DNA of 64,000 nt from Octopus sinensis. Lineage: Eukaryota. Below the pieces are notes generated by a model. That model was not told the origin of the DNA. It ran no database searches and saw nothing but the letters and a program-made list of their open reading frames with translations. The position numbers were made by a program, and so were the translations under genes. Of the stretch, positions 12,915-25,479 are shown in pieces. The stretch is from the NCBI RefSeq assembly GCF_006345805.1, contig NC_043009.1:23002001-23066000 (forward strand). Reading direction: 5' to 3'. Within the stretch, counting starts at the first letter, position 1. Each line of letters begins with the position of its first letter.

Positions 12915-15471
12915 CACTGGCCAACAAATTCTAACTTTTTTTCTGCTGACCTAAGTTTGAGACCTCTTTTGGGGTAATTTTGGGTCACTGAGTTTTAAAA
13001 TGGCAATAGTTTTTTTCTATCACGTCTAGTTTATTTTTTCTATGGGCTGGCCCATATTAGCCCCACCCGTAGCTCCATGTTTGAAATGTTTGAATTCTCC
13101 TGACGCTTTTTGTTATATATGTGGGTGTTTTACAGTACCAAGTCAAAGAGTGAACGCTTGTGACATTGTGAAAAGATCCTACTTGGCTTACTTAAAGATT
13201 ATAGTTGGTGGTCAAGATTAATCGTGGGCCCACACAATGTATGTAAACCCTGTGTTGAAAATCTACGCCAATGGACAAAGGGTACAAGGAAACAACTAAC
13301 ATTTGGCATTCCTATGATATGATGGGAGCCAAACAACCATGTAAACGATTGCTACTTTTGTCTCACAAAGACTTCTTGTTATAGCAAGAGATCATGACAG
13401 AAAATAAGTTACCCAAATCTGGATACAGCATTTCATCCAGTGTTTCACTCAGATGAAATACCAGTACCTATTTTCAAGGATCTACCTTCACTGCAAGGTG
13501 AAAGTGATATATGTGATCTAGATATCACTGTGGTCACCATGACTGACCAGGCTATCAGATGTTGCTACACATCGCTGGTCACAATGCGCTTCACATTGTT
13601 TTAGCCTTCAAATGGCTAAGCAAGCAGGCCAACAGAAGAAAGAGTGAGAGAAAGTAGTGGCAAAAGACTACAGCAGGGATTGCCACCAACCCCTGCCGGA
13701 GCCTTGTGGAGCTTTAGGTGTTTTCACTCAATAAACACTCACAACGCCCAGTCTGGGAATCGAAACCGCGATCCTACGACCGCAAGTCTGCTGCCCTAAC
13801 CACTGGGCCATTGCGCCTCCATGTGACGTAGATATAAATCACGAATATGACAGTGATACAGACTTTGTAGAAACATCAACGAAAGAACGTGAAAACTTCA
13901 ACCAGGCAGAACTTAATTTAGTTAGAGACCAAAGAGAAGAGTCTAAAATGTATCCTCTGTGTGAAAAGTCTGGCTGCATACATGTTAGCATATGTCAGGT
14001 GCATACAATTGACAACACAGTTAATTAAGATTTATTCAGTGAGTTCTATTCAACACATGTTTACATGTGGAATTAGCAGAATCATTATTAACTTTAGATG
14101 AAGGCATTTTCAAAGTTTTGGCTGATAAAGTTGAACTGAAAAACCCTACAACGAGGCATGAATTGCATGAAGCCGTCTTGCAGTCTTAGGAAGAGCTATC
14201 TGAGCGGAAAATTCATGGATGTATTCAACATTAAACTCATGTTCGGCGTCAAATAGTTGACTGACGTGGTGGTAACAGATTCGTGTAATAAATTTTGTGT
14301 TTATTTTTGTTTCATAATATATATTTTTTCGGATGCAGCCAAACTTTTCGCTCTGGGGACTTAATTATGATCACATAAAAGTTGTATTAGATTTACTTAT
14401 GTATAATGAACACAAATAGGTCATATGTGTGGGTCTAAAAATGGTCAACTTTTTATTTGGCTAACAAGGAGGGTACACAAAATATCCATGTTTCCTGTGT
14501 TTATGGGATAGTCAAGCAAGAGACAAAACATTGGGAACAGAAATTATGGCCAGTTAGAAAAAGTTAGACTGTTAGGGAGAAGAATATTATACCCCAACCA
14601 CTTGTTGAGTGAGAGAAAATCATCTTTCCACCTCTTCATATTAAGCTAAGACTAATGAAGTAATTTGTCAAAGCTCTTAATGTGGAAGGTAACTGTTTCA
14701 AATTCAACTGTACATTTCCTGACCTAAGTTATGATAAAATAACGGCTGGTGTTTTTGATGGGCCACAAATCAGAAAGTTAGCGAAATACCAGACTTTCTC
14801 GAGTTTGATGGCTGATATAGAAAAAATAACATGAGATTCATATGTGACTGTTATGAAAAGATTTTCGTGGATGTGAAAAAGCTGCAAACTACAAGGATTT
14901 AGTGGAGACATTACTTGATAGCTTTCATCTTTTAGGCTGCAACATGAGCATAAAGCTCCATTTCCTCAATAGCTATTTCAATGAATTTCTTGCTAATCTT
15001 GGAGACGTGAGCGATGAGCATAGTGAGCATTTTCATCAAAGAATCAAGATTATGGAACACACACATGACAACAGACTACTGCTGGAGTATTCAAAGAGAT
15101 TGTGTAGACATGAAATACTCCACATGCTCTCGCAAGCGGAAATTTGTTCCATGAATATGAAGGTATATGTATGATGGTTTGTGCTTTATCCATCATATTA
15201 GAAAATTAACAGAATGTATTTTGTAAAAGGTGATGCTATCTTCCATTTCACATTCTATTCACATTTATAACTTATGGTTTTAAGCTATAAGACTTAGTAA
15301 ACTATCCTGACCATGTAAATTATTCATACAGTACATCATAAAATAGAGGTATGCTTTAGAATGAAAGCTTGATGTGTTAGGAAAAACTGGATGCCATATT
15401 TGAAATCAGCATCTCAAAAAACTAAAAACAATCACAAAACTGAGGTCAGCAAAAAAGTATGTTGACCAATG
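12915..15471 (+). mobile_element. Degenerate Chapaev3-like (CMC) DNA transposon
   Basis: Imperfect TIRs CACTGGCCAACA...GCTGACC and GGTCAGC...TGTTGACCAATG. Broken transposase with PHNVCKPC...PMI*WEPNNHVNDCYFC zinc finger (13225-13361), GYTKYPCFLCLWDS, PPLHIKL, FDGPQIRKL and NMSIKLHFL...VSDEHSEHFHQ; multiple stops and frameshifts. Confidence 0.75.
13525..13820 (-). mobile_element. tRNA-derived SINE (family C) nested in the Chapaev relic
   Basis: Head GGAGGCGCAATGGCCCAGTGGTTAGGGCAGC...GGTTTCGATTCCC with A/B-box-like motifs. Flanked by ATGTGATCTAGATAT / ATGTGACGTAGATAT (TSD-like). A related copy lies at 24961-25250 (+). Confidence 0.75.
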
Positions 15472-15879
15472 TAATGAAACTAAAAATGAAGGAAAAATAC
15501 AAATGTGTAAATGCTTAAAAATCACTTATTAAAGTCACAAAATGGAAATATACTAATTTTATATTACCTTTGGTTAAATATTTTCAGATATATTGCTTTA
15601 AATTCTTGGGAATATTTCCAGTTTTATTATTTTTATTATTATTGGCAGAATAGTTAGCACGCTGGGCAAAATGCTTAGGAGTATTTTGTCTGTCTTTACG
15701 ATCTGAGTTCAAATTATGCCGAGGTCAACTTAGCCTTTTATCCTTTCAGGGTCGATAAATTAAGTACCAGTGAAACACTCGAGTTGATGTAATCGACTAG
15801 TCCCTTCCCCCAAATTTCAGACCTTGTGCCTTTAGTAGAAAGGATTATTATTATTATTATTATTTCTTTATCACAGGTT

Positions 15880-16320
15880 TTGTTGGAGCTGCTAACACTC
15901 AGCAAGTGAGATCTATGAAGGTGTATTGTACCCTCATCTGTGACAGGGCTACAACTACATGTACTGACATTATGGATTGTATCCAGAGAAGGGTCACTCA
16001 GCTGAATGGATCCCATGACTATCAGAAACACTTCAGCTTCTGGTCCACCAGCAGGCCATCTCCTCTCAGTCTTTTCTATCGCTACTATGATGGTCTTTGT
16101 TCCTTAGAACTGGTTGGGCTGATCTTGTACCTCTACCCTACTCCATTTGATCTCTACATTTCTCATTACCCTTCTTGCATCTACCTTCCCTCCTACTTCC
16201 CCTCTACTAAGCACTATATCCAATCCTTCATCCCAGGGCATTGTCCCTTTGGAATCTCCTCCCTGTTCATATCTTTTCTGCAAGCCAGTGCTAGATTAAC
16301 CATTAAGCAAAACAATCCCA
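15880..16320 (+). mobile_element. CR1/L2-type LINE ORF2 C-terminal relic
   Basis: DCIQRRVTQLNG...LSLFYRYYDGLCSLEL...LPSTKHYIQSF resembles the post-RT region of CR1/L2/Jockey-group LINEs. Confidence 0.6.
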
Positions 16321-17212
16321 TGTTTAAAGCGGTAAGGGTAGTGAAGGAGAGCATCACAGAAATGGTAAATAGCACAAAAGAAATCACTTTAAACTTGATA
16401 AAAGAATATTCAAAGTGGTTTATATGATCAGAAATATAATTTTGAAGTGTTCATGGTGTCATACTGAAGATCTGATCAAAAAGTTTGCAATTACAAAAAG
16501 CAGGAGAAAACTTTTCAAATGCAAATAAAATAGATGTCTACTAAAACAAGAGCACTCAGAGAGCGCAAACATCTGCCAAGGCCTCTCAACGATTAGCCAG
16601 AGATAATTTTTAAAATGAGAATATCTGAAATAAACTTGACTGCTCTCACTAACGAGAATACTAAAAACAAACTCACTCTTGAAAGGCTTGTAAGGGTCCT
16701 AGGCTTTGCCCCTTCCTCTTGACTCAACAAGAGCAAAAAAAAAAAAATAAGAGAAAGAGATCAAGTGATTAACCAGAGGCTCTTCTGGCTGTCTCAGTTG
16801 TTGTTGTTCAGGCCTAGGTCAAGCTTGATTGAATAAACCTATGATCAAATGCCTTCCAGCCATAACACCAATTTTTTTAGAGGTATATACGACTACATTT
16901 TCTAATGTTTCTTTTCCATATTGAAAATAATAGGGTATGGTTAAAATGAAATTTGATGCCTATTTCTAACAGCTAGGGCTCCTTCGTAGACTTTAGCAAC
17001 AGAAATAGGCTTTAGGGTCTTGTGGTATGAATTGGAAGGATACTGTGTCTTTTTCCCTTCAGCAGGAAAGTTGGGGAATCGCCGTCCCTCTTTCCTACCC
17101 CTTCCTCCAGCCTATTTTCCCCTTTCATTGGTTCATCTTTTTATAGGTAAATAGACTTCATTGAGAATAAAATGTCCAAGTGAGATTTTTTTTGTTAAAA
17201 ATTATGGGCAAT

Positions 17213-17384
17213 AGGCGTAAGAGTCACTGTGAGGTAAGTAGCTTGCTTACCAACCACATGGCTCCGGGTTCAGTCCCACTGCGTGGCACCTTGGGCAAGT
17301 GTCTTCTACTATAGCCTTGGGTCGACCAAAGCCTTGTGAGTGGATTTGGTAGACGGAAACTGAAAGAAACCCGTCGTATATATG

Positions 17385-17418
<34 letters not shown>

Positions 17419-17645
17419 CGTGCGTGTGTGTGTGTATGTTTGTGTGTCTGTATTCGTCCCCCCAACATCGCTTGACAACCGATGCTGGTGTGTTTACGTC
17501 CCCGTAGCTTAGCGGTTCGGCAAAAGAGACCGATAGAATAAGTACTAGGTTTACAAAGAATAAGTCCTGGGGTCAATTTGCTCGACCAAAGGCGGTGCTC
17601 CAGCATGGCCACAGTCAAATGACTGAAACAAGTAAAAGAGTGAAA
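17213..17645 (+). mobile_element. tRNA-derived SINE family A (CORE-like CCTTGGGCAAGT segment, central (TA)n(TG)n, ...GACTGAAACAAGTAAAAG end)
   Basis: Near-identical copies at about 20180-20585(-), 21120-21495, 21813-22207, 26645-27035, 28165-28550, 41950-42400, 43810-44255, 8760-9085(-) and 5925-6375, plus many fragments. Confidence 0.9.
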
Positions 17646-19091
17646 GAATAATAAATTGCTTATACTTCAGCAATACACAAAATATTTTAATTATAAAAAT
17701 ATAAAAGATTTTTTCAACATCGATTGGCTCGATCGGTCTATCCAAGTAAAAATAGGTATCAAAGGGTCTCATAGGTAAAAAAAAAGTTGAAAAACACTGG
17801 TTTAGATTCGAATAGAATATTGAAATGTATAGTTTCTTTCTAAAGTTTAGAAACTATGCATTTCAATATTCAAGTATTCCCGTATTCTGTCTTACCTCGA
17901 ATCATTCCTCGTATTCTGTCTTATTTCCGTATTCTGTTTTACCACAAACCATTCCTCGTATTCTATCTTATTCCTGTATTCCAGTATTCTATCTTACCGC
18001 AAATTATTCCCCTTGTTTGTAAGTAACAATGCCGCGAATTTGAATTCCACAATGTTGGCTAAATGTTTATTTATCACACCAACAACAACAACAGTTATTT
18101 AAGTCTGATGGGTGATATGATGGAAGATCTGGACTCAGACCGCTCTTTAGCACGAAGATGACTATAAAGTTTCTATTTTGGTCGTTAAGAAGAGAGCTGA
18201 AAACTTCAAAACTCCAAGGTACGTACGAACACATTTTCTATGATGTTTTGAAATAGATCATGTAATACTTGTGTACTTGGAATATCTAAATATTGTGTAA
18301 CAATTGTTTTTCAACAGAAGATTATATCATACAGAAACTTAGAGATATTATCTTTCTCAACAGCAATAGTTATGCGAGAGGATCTTCATAGTCACCTGGT
18401 GATTTGAAATAACGGAAAAAGATGTAATTTAAACTTTTTACCTGTACTATGTATCACAGAACATATTTCCTTGATGTACATATATCATAAATGATACACA
18501 TTCTCAAGTTTTTTTCTGCCACTAACGTAACTTGGGACTTATGAAAGAAGGGCTAACTATTTATTTATTCCTTTTAAAATTTTAAACGAACTTCAATTAT
18601 ATTTACAAGTTGTCATTAAAAAAAATGAACATACACATTTATTTACCGGGATACTTTCATCAAATTCTTCCAAATTTTTCTGTTAAAAGTATATTGAAAC
18701 CATTTGTGGGGAATCTTTTTTTTTATCACAGCAACTGGTCGCACACCACAAGGTTTAACGGAACCTACTGAAGCAAGCCAGCACGCTCGCCGCATTACTT
18801 CGGCGAGCTGCCAACGTTGACAAGAACTTCGCGGTTAGTGACCCAGTCCCTCCGAACGTCTCCAACTTCACAGGTGGGAAGAGATAATTCCCTGTTAGGT
18901 CCTGATACTTCAGAGTTTTCTACGGAAGCAGTGACCCTTTCATTAACTGCCACATCCACTATGTAGGAGGGAGCAAAGGAGTTGCAAACTGGCGTCCCAA
19001 TGATTATGTCAGAATTTGATGTTGGAAAAAACAATTTGTTTTTAGTAAATCATATCCTCATTAAAACATTTCAGGAAACATAATCGAAGTA

Positions 19092-19327
19092 CACTAACTT
19101 CTCGCCATATCGCGGTTCACCTATCGCGCACTCAATACATTGTGGTTCACCTGTCACCTACTCAGTACGTCGCGGATTTTTCTGGCTGATATATGTAAAT
19201 ATATATCACGGACTCCTCTGTACATTACGGGTTTCTGCGGCTGATAGGTATTTATATTTTTTTAGATTTTAATTATTTCTGTGGGAAGTTTTGGAACGTA
19301 ACACCCGCAATAGTCGAAGGATTACTG
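19092..19327 (-). mobile_element. pogo/Tigger-like MITE
   Basis: Ends match CAGTAATCCCTCG-type TIRs; reverse-oriented relative of the 56009-56234 element. Confidence 0.65.
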
Positions 19328-19894
19328 CATAGGAATTATCCACCCCTCCCCATTTTTTTTCACATCTACACAATCTGAAAATTTCATTACAGAATATGTA
19401 TTAGGGGTACATACATCTATAATCATGGCCCTAAGTAAATTTCCTTTAACTCACTATCTTTTACATCCTGAGTTCCAATCCTGCGAGGTCTTATTATTCT
19501 TTTATTCTTCTGGGGTCCATAAAATTAGTGCCAGTCTGGTAGCATTCCTATATTCTATAGGAATAGCGCTCTAGAAACCATAATTTCTTTGGATGTGTAT
19601 GTTCCAAGCATTTTAGATTACTAAAAGAAAAAGATCCTGCTAAGAGAAAAAAAAAAGTATCCCTATCTTTTTCTTTTTATTTGGATTTTTCAGTTTTCGC
19701 TTTCTTTTATTTTTTGAAAATTTTGTTTTCAGTTATCTTAGATGTTTCAACTATAAATCTGAAAAAAAATTATTGCAAAATGTCAAAACTGAAAAGTCAC
19801 GAAAGTGGTGGGAAAGTATAAAATTCCAACCATCATCAAAAAGAAAAAAAAGGGAATTTTCTGCCGAATCAGAAGCTATGGTGCTTGAAACATA

Positions 19895-20105
19895 TCTATC
19901 TATCCGCTCAGTTGAAGTGGTCACTCGTTGGATCAGTGTCCTCCAGACAGTTCCACCCTGGGCCGCCTCTTTCAGATTGGCTATGTCCACTCCGGTATCA
20001 CTCTTGATGGTGTCAAGCCAGTGGGTTCCTGGTCGGCCTCCCCCTCTCCCGCCACTGACTACTCCGAGCATGATGTCCCTCCCCAGGGACCCTCTCCGCA
20101 CAATA
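19895..20105 (-). mobile_element. RTE LINE 3' relic
   Basis: IMLGVVSGGRGGGRPGTHWLDTIK...AAQGGTVWRTLIQRVT is the typical RTE ORF C-terminus. Confidence 0.75.
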
Positions 20106-21244
20106 TGAAACATATACATTCAAAGAAATTAAAGTTTTTGAAATATTTCTGACTCTATTATTTAGGAATGCCTCTGTTAACTTGATTATACTCTCTACTC
20201 TTTTTACTATTTTACTTGTTTCAGTCATTTGACTGTGGCCATGCTGGAGCACCGCCTTTAGTCGAGCAAATCGACCCCAGGACTTATTCTTTGTAAGCCT
20301 AGTGGTCTCTTTTGCTGAACTGCTAAGTTACAGGGACGTAAACACACCAGCATCGGTTGTCAAGCGATGTTGGGGAGACAAACAAACATATACACACACA
20401 TATATATATATATATACATATATACGACAGGCTTCTTTCAGTTTCCGTCTACCAAATCCACTCACAAGGCTTTGGTCCGCCCAAAGCTATAGTCAAAGAC
20501 ACTTTCCCACGGTGCCACACTGGGAATGAACCCAGAACCATGTGGTTGGTAAGCAAGCTACTTACCACACAGCTACTCCTATGCCTATGTATATATAATA
20601 ATGAAATTATTGTATACAGTGCTCTGGCTCACTGTGACTCATCTGAAAAAGTAGCCACAAATACATGAGCAGTACACAGAATAATGCACAAGAAGTGAAT
20701 AGTGAATGAGTTGTTAAAATAAAGTGTGTGTGTGTGGGGGGGGGAATCCGGTGTACTGTTGGGGAATTTGAATTTCAAGAAGCATGGAAGTTTTGAACGA
20801 TGATCCTCTCTCAATATATGGTTTTGTGCCAAACTTAGGAATAATTATAGGCAAGTATGTAACGAGCTGGCAGAATTACTAGCAGGCTAGATAAAATGTT
20901 TAGTAGTATTTCTTTGGGCTCTTTTTTGTTCTGAGTTCAAATCTTACCGTGGTCAGTTTTGGTTTTCATTTTTGTGGGAGTTAGGTACTGGGTTCAATGT
21001 ACTTGACTTGTCTGCTTCCTTTGAAATTGCTGGTCATGAACCCTACAATGGACAGCATCCCTTTCGGTGGGTAGAGTGTATGCCATGAAAATTGGGTAAG
21101 CAACCTTATGATTCTTAGTGCGTGGCACCTTGGGCAAGTGTCTTCTACTATAGCCACGGGCTGACCAAAGCCTTATGAGTGGATTTGGTACACGGAAACT
21201 GAAAGAAGCCCATTGTATATATGTATATATATATGTGTGTGTAT

Positions 21245-21281
<37 letters not shown>

Positions 21282-21573
21282 GTATGTTTGTGTGTCTGTG
21301 TGTTTGTCCCTCCAACATTGCTTGACAACCGATGCTGGTGTGTTTATGTCCCTGTAACTTAGCGGTTCGGCAAAAGAGACCAATACAATAAGTACTAGGC
21401 TTACAAAGAATAAGTCCTGGGGTCGATTTGCTCGACTAAAGGCAGTGCTCCAGCAAGGCCACAGTCAAATGACTGAAACAAGTAAAAGAGTAAGATAAAG
21501 TATAACATCATCATCATTGGAACTGTCAAAGTGTGGATTTAGTAGATAGAAACTGAAAGAAGGTCAAAGTATT

Positions 21574-21616
<43 letters not shown>

Positions 21617-21812
21617 GTGTGTGTGTGTTTGTCCCCTACCACCACTTGACAACTGGTGTTGGTGGGTTTAGGTCAACTAGAATAAATACCAGGTTTTAAA
21701 AAAATAACAAGTACTGGAATCAGTTCATTTGACTAAAATTCTTCAAGGCCTTACCCCAGCATGGCCTAGTCTAATTACTGAAACAAGTAAAAAAAAAAGA
21801 AATTTAATTCAT

Positions 21813-22207
21813 AGGCGTAGGAGTGGCTGTGTGGTAAGTAGCTTGTTTACCGACCACATGGTTCTGGGTTCAGTCCCACTACATGGCACCTTGGGCAAGT
21901 GTCTTCTACTATAGCCTTGGGCCGACCAAAGCCTTTGAGTGGATTTGGTAGATGGAATCTGAAAGAAGCCCGTCGTATATATGTATATATATATATGTAT
22001 GTGTTTGTGTGTCTGTGTTTGTCCTCCCAACATCGCTTGACAACCGATGCTGGTGTGTTTATGTCCCTGTTACTTAGCGGTTCAGCAAAAGAGACCAATA
22101 GAATAAGTACTGGGCTTACAAAAGAATAAGACCCGGGGTCGAGTTGCTTGATTAAAGGCGGTGCTCCAGCATGGCCGCAGTCAAATGACTGAAACAAGTA
22201 AAAGAGA
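21813..22207 (+). mobile_element. SINE family A full-length copy
   Basis: AGGCGTAGGAGTGGCTGTGTGGTAAG head, GGTTCAGTCCC B-box, family 3' end. Confidence 0.9.
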
Positions 22208-22991
22208 ATGTTTGTAAATGAAAATCTTTTTGCAAATTTATGGTCTTGTATCAGTTTTCAGGATCATTCGACTAGAGACTGAGACCTATGGAAGTATGCT
22301 GTGCGTGAGAAGACCCGGCAGGACAAGTGAGACTATAACCCATGGCCTCTACCTGGGATGTAGCCAGTCGACTCATGCATACCTTTCCTTCTTGGGACAC
22401 AAAACTCCACTTGTGAAGGCCTGTTGAGGCAAGTGGAAATCAGAACCTAAATCGAAGTCGATCAACATCAATTGAAATTGCAGCTGTGATACCAGTGCCG
22501 GTGGCACGTAAGCGAACCATCCGATTCTGGCCGTTGCCAGTGCCGCCCCGACTGGCCTCCATGCCGGTGGCACGTAAAAAGCACTATCCGATCATGGCCG
22601 TTGCCAGCCTCGCCTGGCCCCCGTGCCAGTGGCACGAAAAAAGCACCATCCGACCGTGGCCGTTTGCCAGCCCCGTCTGGCACCTGTGCCGGTGGCACGT
22701 AAAAGGCACCCACTACACTCACGGAGTGGTTGGCATTAGAAAGGGCATCCAGCCATAGAAACATTGCCAGATCAGACTGGGCCTGGTGCAGCCTTCTGTC
22801 TTCCCAGACCCCAGCTGAACCATCCAACCCATGCTAGCATGGAAAGCGGACACTAAATGATGATGAGGCTGATGATGATTCATACAGTGTTATATCTCAT
22901 ATCAATCATGTGATATCTTACCTATCACTGCATAATATCTCATTTGCAACGTGTAAAATGTGACACTATGGTATATTATTCTTACTTACAG

Positions 22992-23206
22992 ATGTCATTT
23001 TATATAAAACCTCCTTCTGGAAATATTTCCCTGGAAAAATTGGAGAAATTTGCTTTCAAACGCCTAGACTTTCTCATTCGAGTGCTTGGTGCTGGTGATG
23101 ACTTTATGGCTTTGACTGATCTGGTCAAAGACTTGAGCCTAGTAGCTGACTCTGATTGCTTCATTGAAGGGACTAAGAAGGATCAAGTATCACATTTTAT
23201 TCTTAG
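22992..23206 (+). CDS. PRIM2: DNA primase large subunit-like (PRIM2/PriL paralogue), coding exon 1
   Basis: MSFYIKPPSGNISLEKLEKFAFKRLDFL...KKDQVSHFILR resembles PRIM2 LQFYLQPPSENISL...RRDHISHFILR. The ATG directly follows a TTACAG acceptor; GTAAGA donor (phase 2). Confidence 0.9.
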
Positions 23207-23596
23207 GTAAGAATCTTTGAATCCTCATACATTTTCCTCCTTTGTGATTCTAAGTGTCCCTGTTTCGTCTACTCCATGTTTTGAAGGTAAGGACAAGATG
23301 CAACTTTGTTGAAACAGTCCTTCACACAAAGCAAATTAAATAAAATTTGGGATATTTTGTGGAGGGGTAACAAGAACAGGGCAGTAAGAACAAAACAAGA
23401 CAGTAAAAACAGTATAAGACAGAACAAAGAGAATAACACAGTAAAAACAAATGATGAGGGCTGTTAAGCCAAGACGATGGAAAAATTATTCTGAACACTT
23501 GAGTAGACAACTTATGAGAGAGACAGGTCTGTCCTTGTGTTGTATGTCTTGTACTCTGTTTTTTCATCCTATGGTTGCAGAACTGTTTCTGGAGGG

Positions 23597-23696
23597 NNNN
23601 NNNNNNNNNNNNNNNNNNNNNNNNNNNNNNNNNNNNNNNNNNNNNNNNNNNNNNNNNNNNNNNNNNNNNNNNNNNNNNNNNNNNNNNNNNNNNNNN
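23597..23696. other. Assembly gap (100 N) in a PRIM2-like intron
   Basis: Run of 100 N. Confidence 1.
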
Positions 23697-24034
23697 CCTT
23701 TTGGGGTCGATAAATTAAGTACCAGTTACGTATTGGGGCTGATGTAATCGACTTAACACCTTTGTCTGCCCTTGTTTGTCCCCTCTATGTTTAGCCCCTT
23801 AAAAAGCCCCAATAAAGAAATAAGGTACTATTTGTTTTTACCAGGGCGCAACATACAGCCAGGAATTGAACTCATGACATTATGACTGTGAGTCAAATAC
23901 CCTAACCATCAAGCCACATGTCTATGCTGTCAAATATATTACTCCCAATATTCCGTTGTCTATTATTGTTTTGTAAATTCCTTCCCTCTTACTTTCATTC
24001 TGATTGTGACACTCTGTTTTCTCTTTATACTTAG

Positions 24035-24518
24035 AATGGCTTTTTCTAAAGATGCTGAGCTCTGGAGATTATTCAAGAAAGCCGAGACAAGTCTTTTCAA
24101 CTTTAGATTCCAATGCATGAAACCCGAAGAGATCTTTTGTTCTCTTAAACCAGTTTGGAAATCTGCAGCTACCATCTCAGAGAAAGAAAACATAAAACAA
24201 TTATCTTTTGAAGGTGTATTAAAAGTCTTTATGAACATTGCAGAGAGCTGTGGAGGCTTGTGGGCCAGTGTCATTGACAAATACTACTCCGGATGTAAAA
24301 CTGACTACTTTTGTATTCCTTTCATATATGTCTTGAAGTTGGTGTCTGAAAGGAGAGTACGACTTGAACGAGGAGATGCTCTTGTTCCGTTCTGTCGATT
24401 GCATCATGTCATGACGGCACTCTTTGAGCTTATGTTGGAATCCAGTCGGCAGCAGTTTCAGAAGATTCTATTGAACCTCATCGATGAAAGAATTGAAAAA
24501 CTGTTTGCTAATCTCCAG
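24035..24518 (+). CDS. PRIM2: PRIM2-like coding exon 2
   Basis: R-MAFSKDAELWRLFKKAETSLFNFRF...IPFIYVLKLVSERRVRLERGDALVP...DERIEKLFANLQ matches PRIM2 RLAYC..LRRWF...LRFRF, [25 protein letters not shown] and DERL. AG/GT boundaries; phase matches exon 1. Confidence 0.9.
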
Positions 24519-25320
24519 GTAAGAGCATTTACAGGTTTATCACCCACAGCTGTGATTGGTGGAGTGTCTGTTTGACTAAATGGAGTATCCATTGGCTGAG
24601 TGGGAAGTGTGTCTGTCAAACTCCTGGCTGTAGATTGAACTAATCTGTAATTTGCAATCTTGTCTTAATCCACCTGGTTGTAAATAGATACCATCAAGTG
24701 GCACATGCAGCTAGAGACTATAAACATCATCATCATCATCATCATTGTTTAACGTCTGCTTTCCATGCTAGCATGGGTTGGACGATTTGACTGAGGGCTG
24801 GTGAACCAAATGGCTGCACCAGGCTCCAATCTTGATCTGGCAGTTTCTACAGCTGGATGCCCTTCCTAACGCCAACCACTCTGAGAGTGTAGTGGGTGCT
24901 TTTATGTGCCACCAGCACGGGGGCCAGTCAGGCAGTACTGGCAACAACCTCACTCGAATGGTTTTAGGGCAGCGGACTCGCAGTCAGAGGATCGTGGTTT
25001 TGATTCCCAGACCGGGCATTGTGTGTGTTTATTGAGCGAAAACACCTAAAGCTCCACAAGGCTCCGGCAGGGGGTGGTGACGACCCCTGTTGTACTCTTT
25101 CACCCCAACTTTCTCTCACTCTTTCTTCCTGTTTCTTGAGTAATGCTGTGATGGACTGACGTCCCGTCCAGCTGGGGGTGGGAGGAACACATACGCCACG
25201 GAAACCGGGCCCATGAGCCTGGCTAGGCTTGAAAAGGGCGCATAAATAAAAAAAAATAAATAGATATTTATTATTTATTTTTTTTTTGTTTTGTTATTTA
25301 TTGTTTGTTTCTGTTTGTAG

Positions 25321-25479
25321 AAATATTTCCAGTTGAAATGTCTGCAGTGTGAAAGCAGCAGAACTGCCAGTAGTTTGTCTCATGACATAATTGATGCTGA
25401 AGAGAAGTATTTCCCTCCCTGTATGTCGTACCTCCACAGGGAGCTGCGGACCAAACACAGACTGAAACACCATGCTCGA
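25321..25479 (+). CDS. PRIM2: PRIM2-like coding exon 3 (first Fe-S Cys, FPPCM)
   Basis: KYFPPCMSYLHRELRTKHRLKHHAR matches PRIM2 [24 protein letters not shown]. Pyrimidine tract plus TAG at 25320 (alternative in-frame CAG at 25332); GTAAGA donor. Confidence 0.9.

Noticed and set aside
13770-13820. tRNA-like heads (here and in the other SINEs) as tRNA genes
   Set aside because: No complete cloverleaf or terminator; they continue into SINE bodies.
15906-16427. 173-aa ORF as a host gene
   Set aside because: It is explained as a CR1/L2 LINE C-terminal relic.
23597-23696. A missing primase exon hidden in the gap
   Set aside because: The flanking exons join in phase and give the continuous motif SHFILR-MAF.
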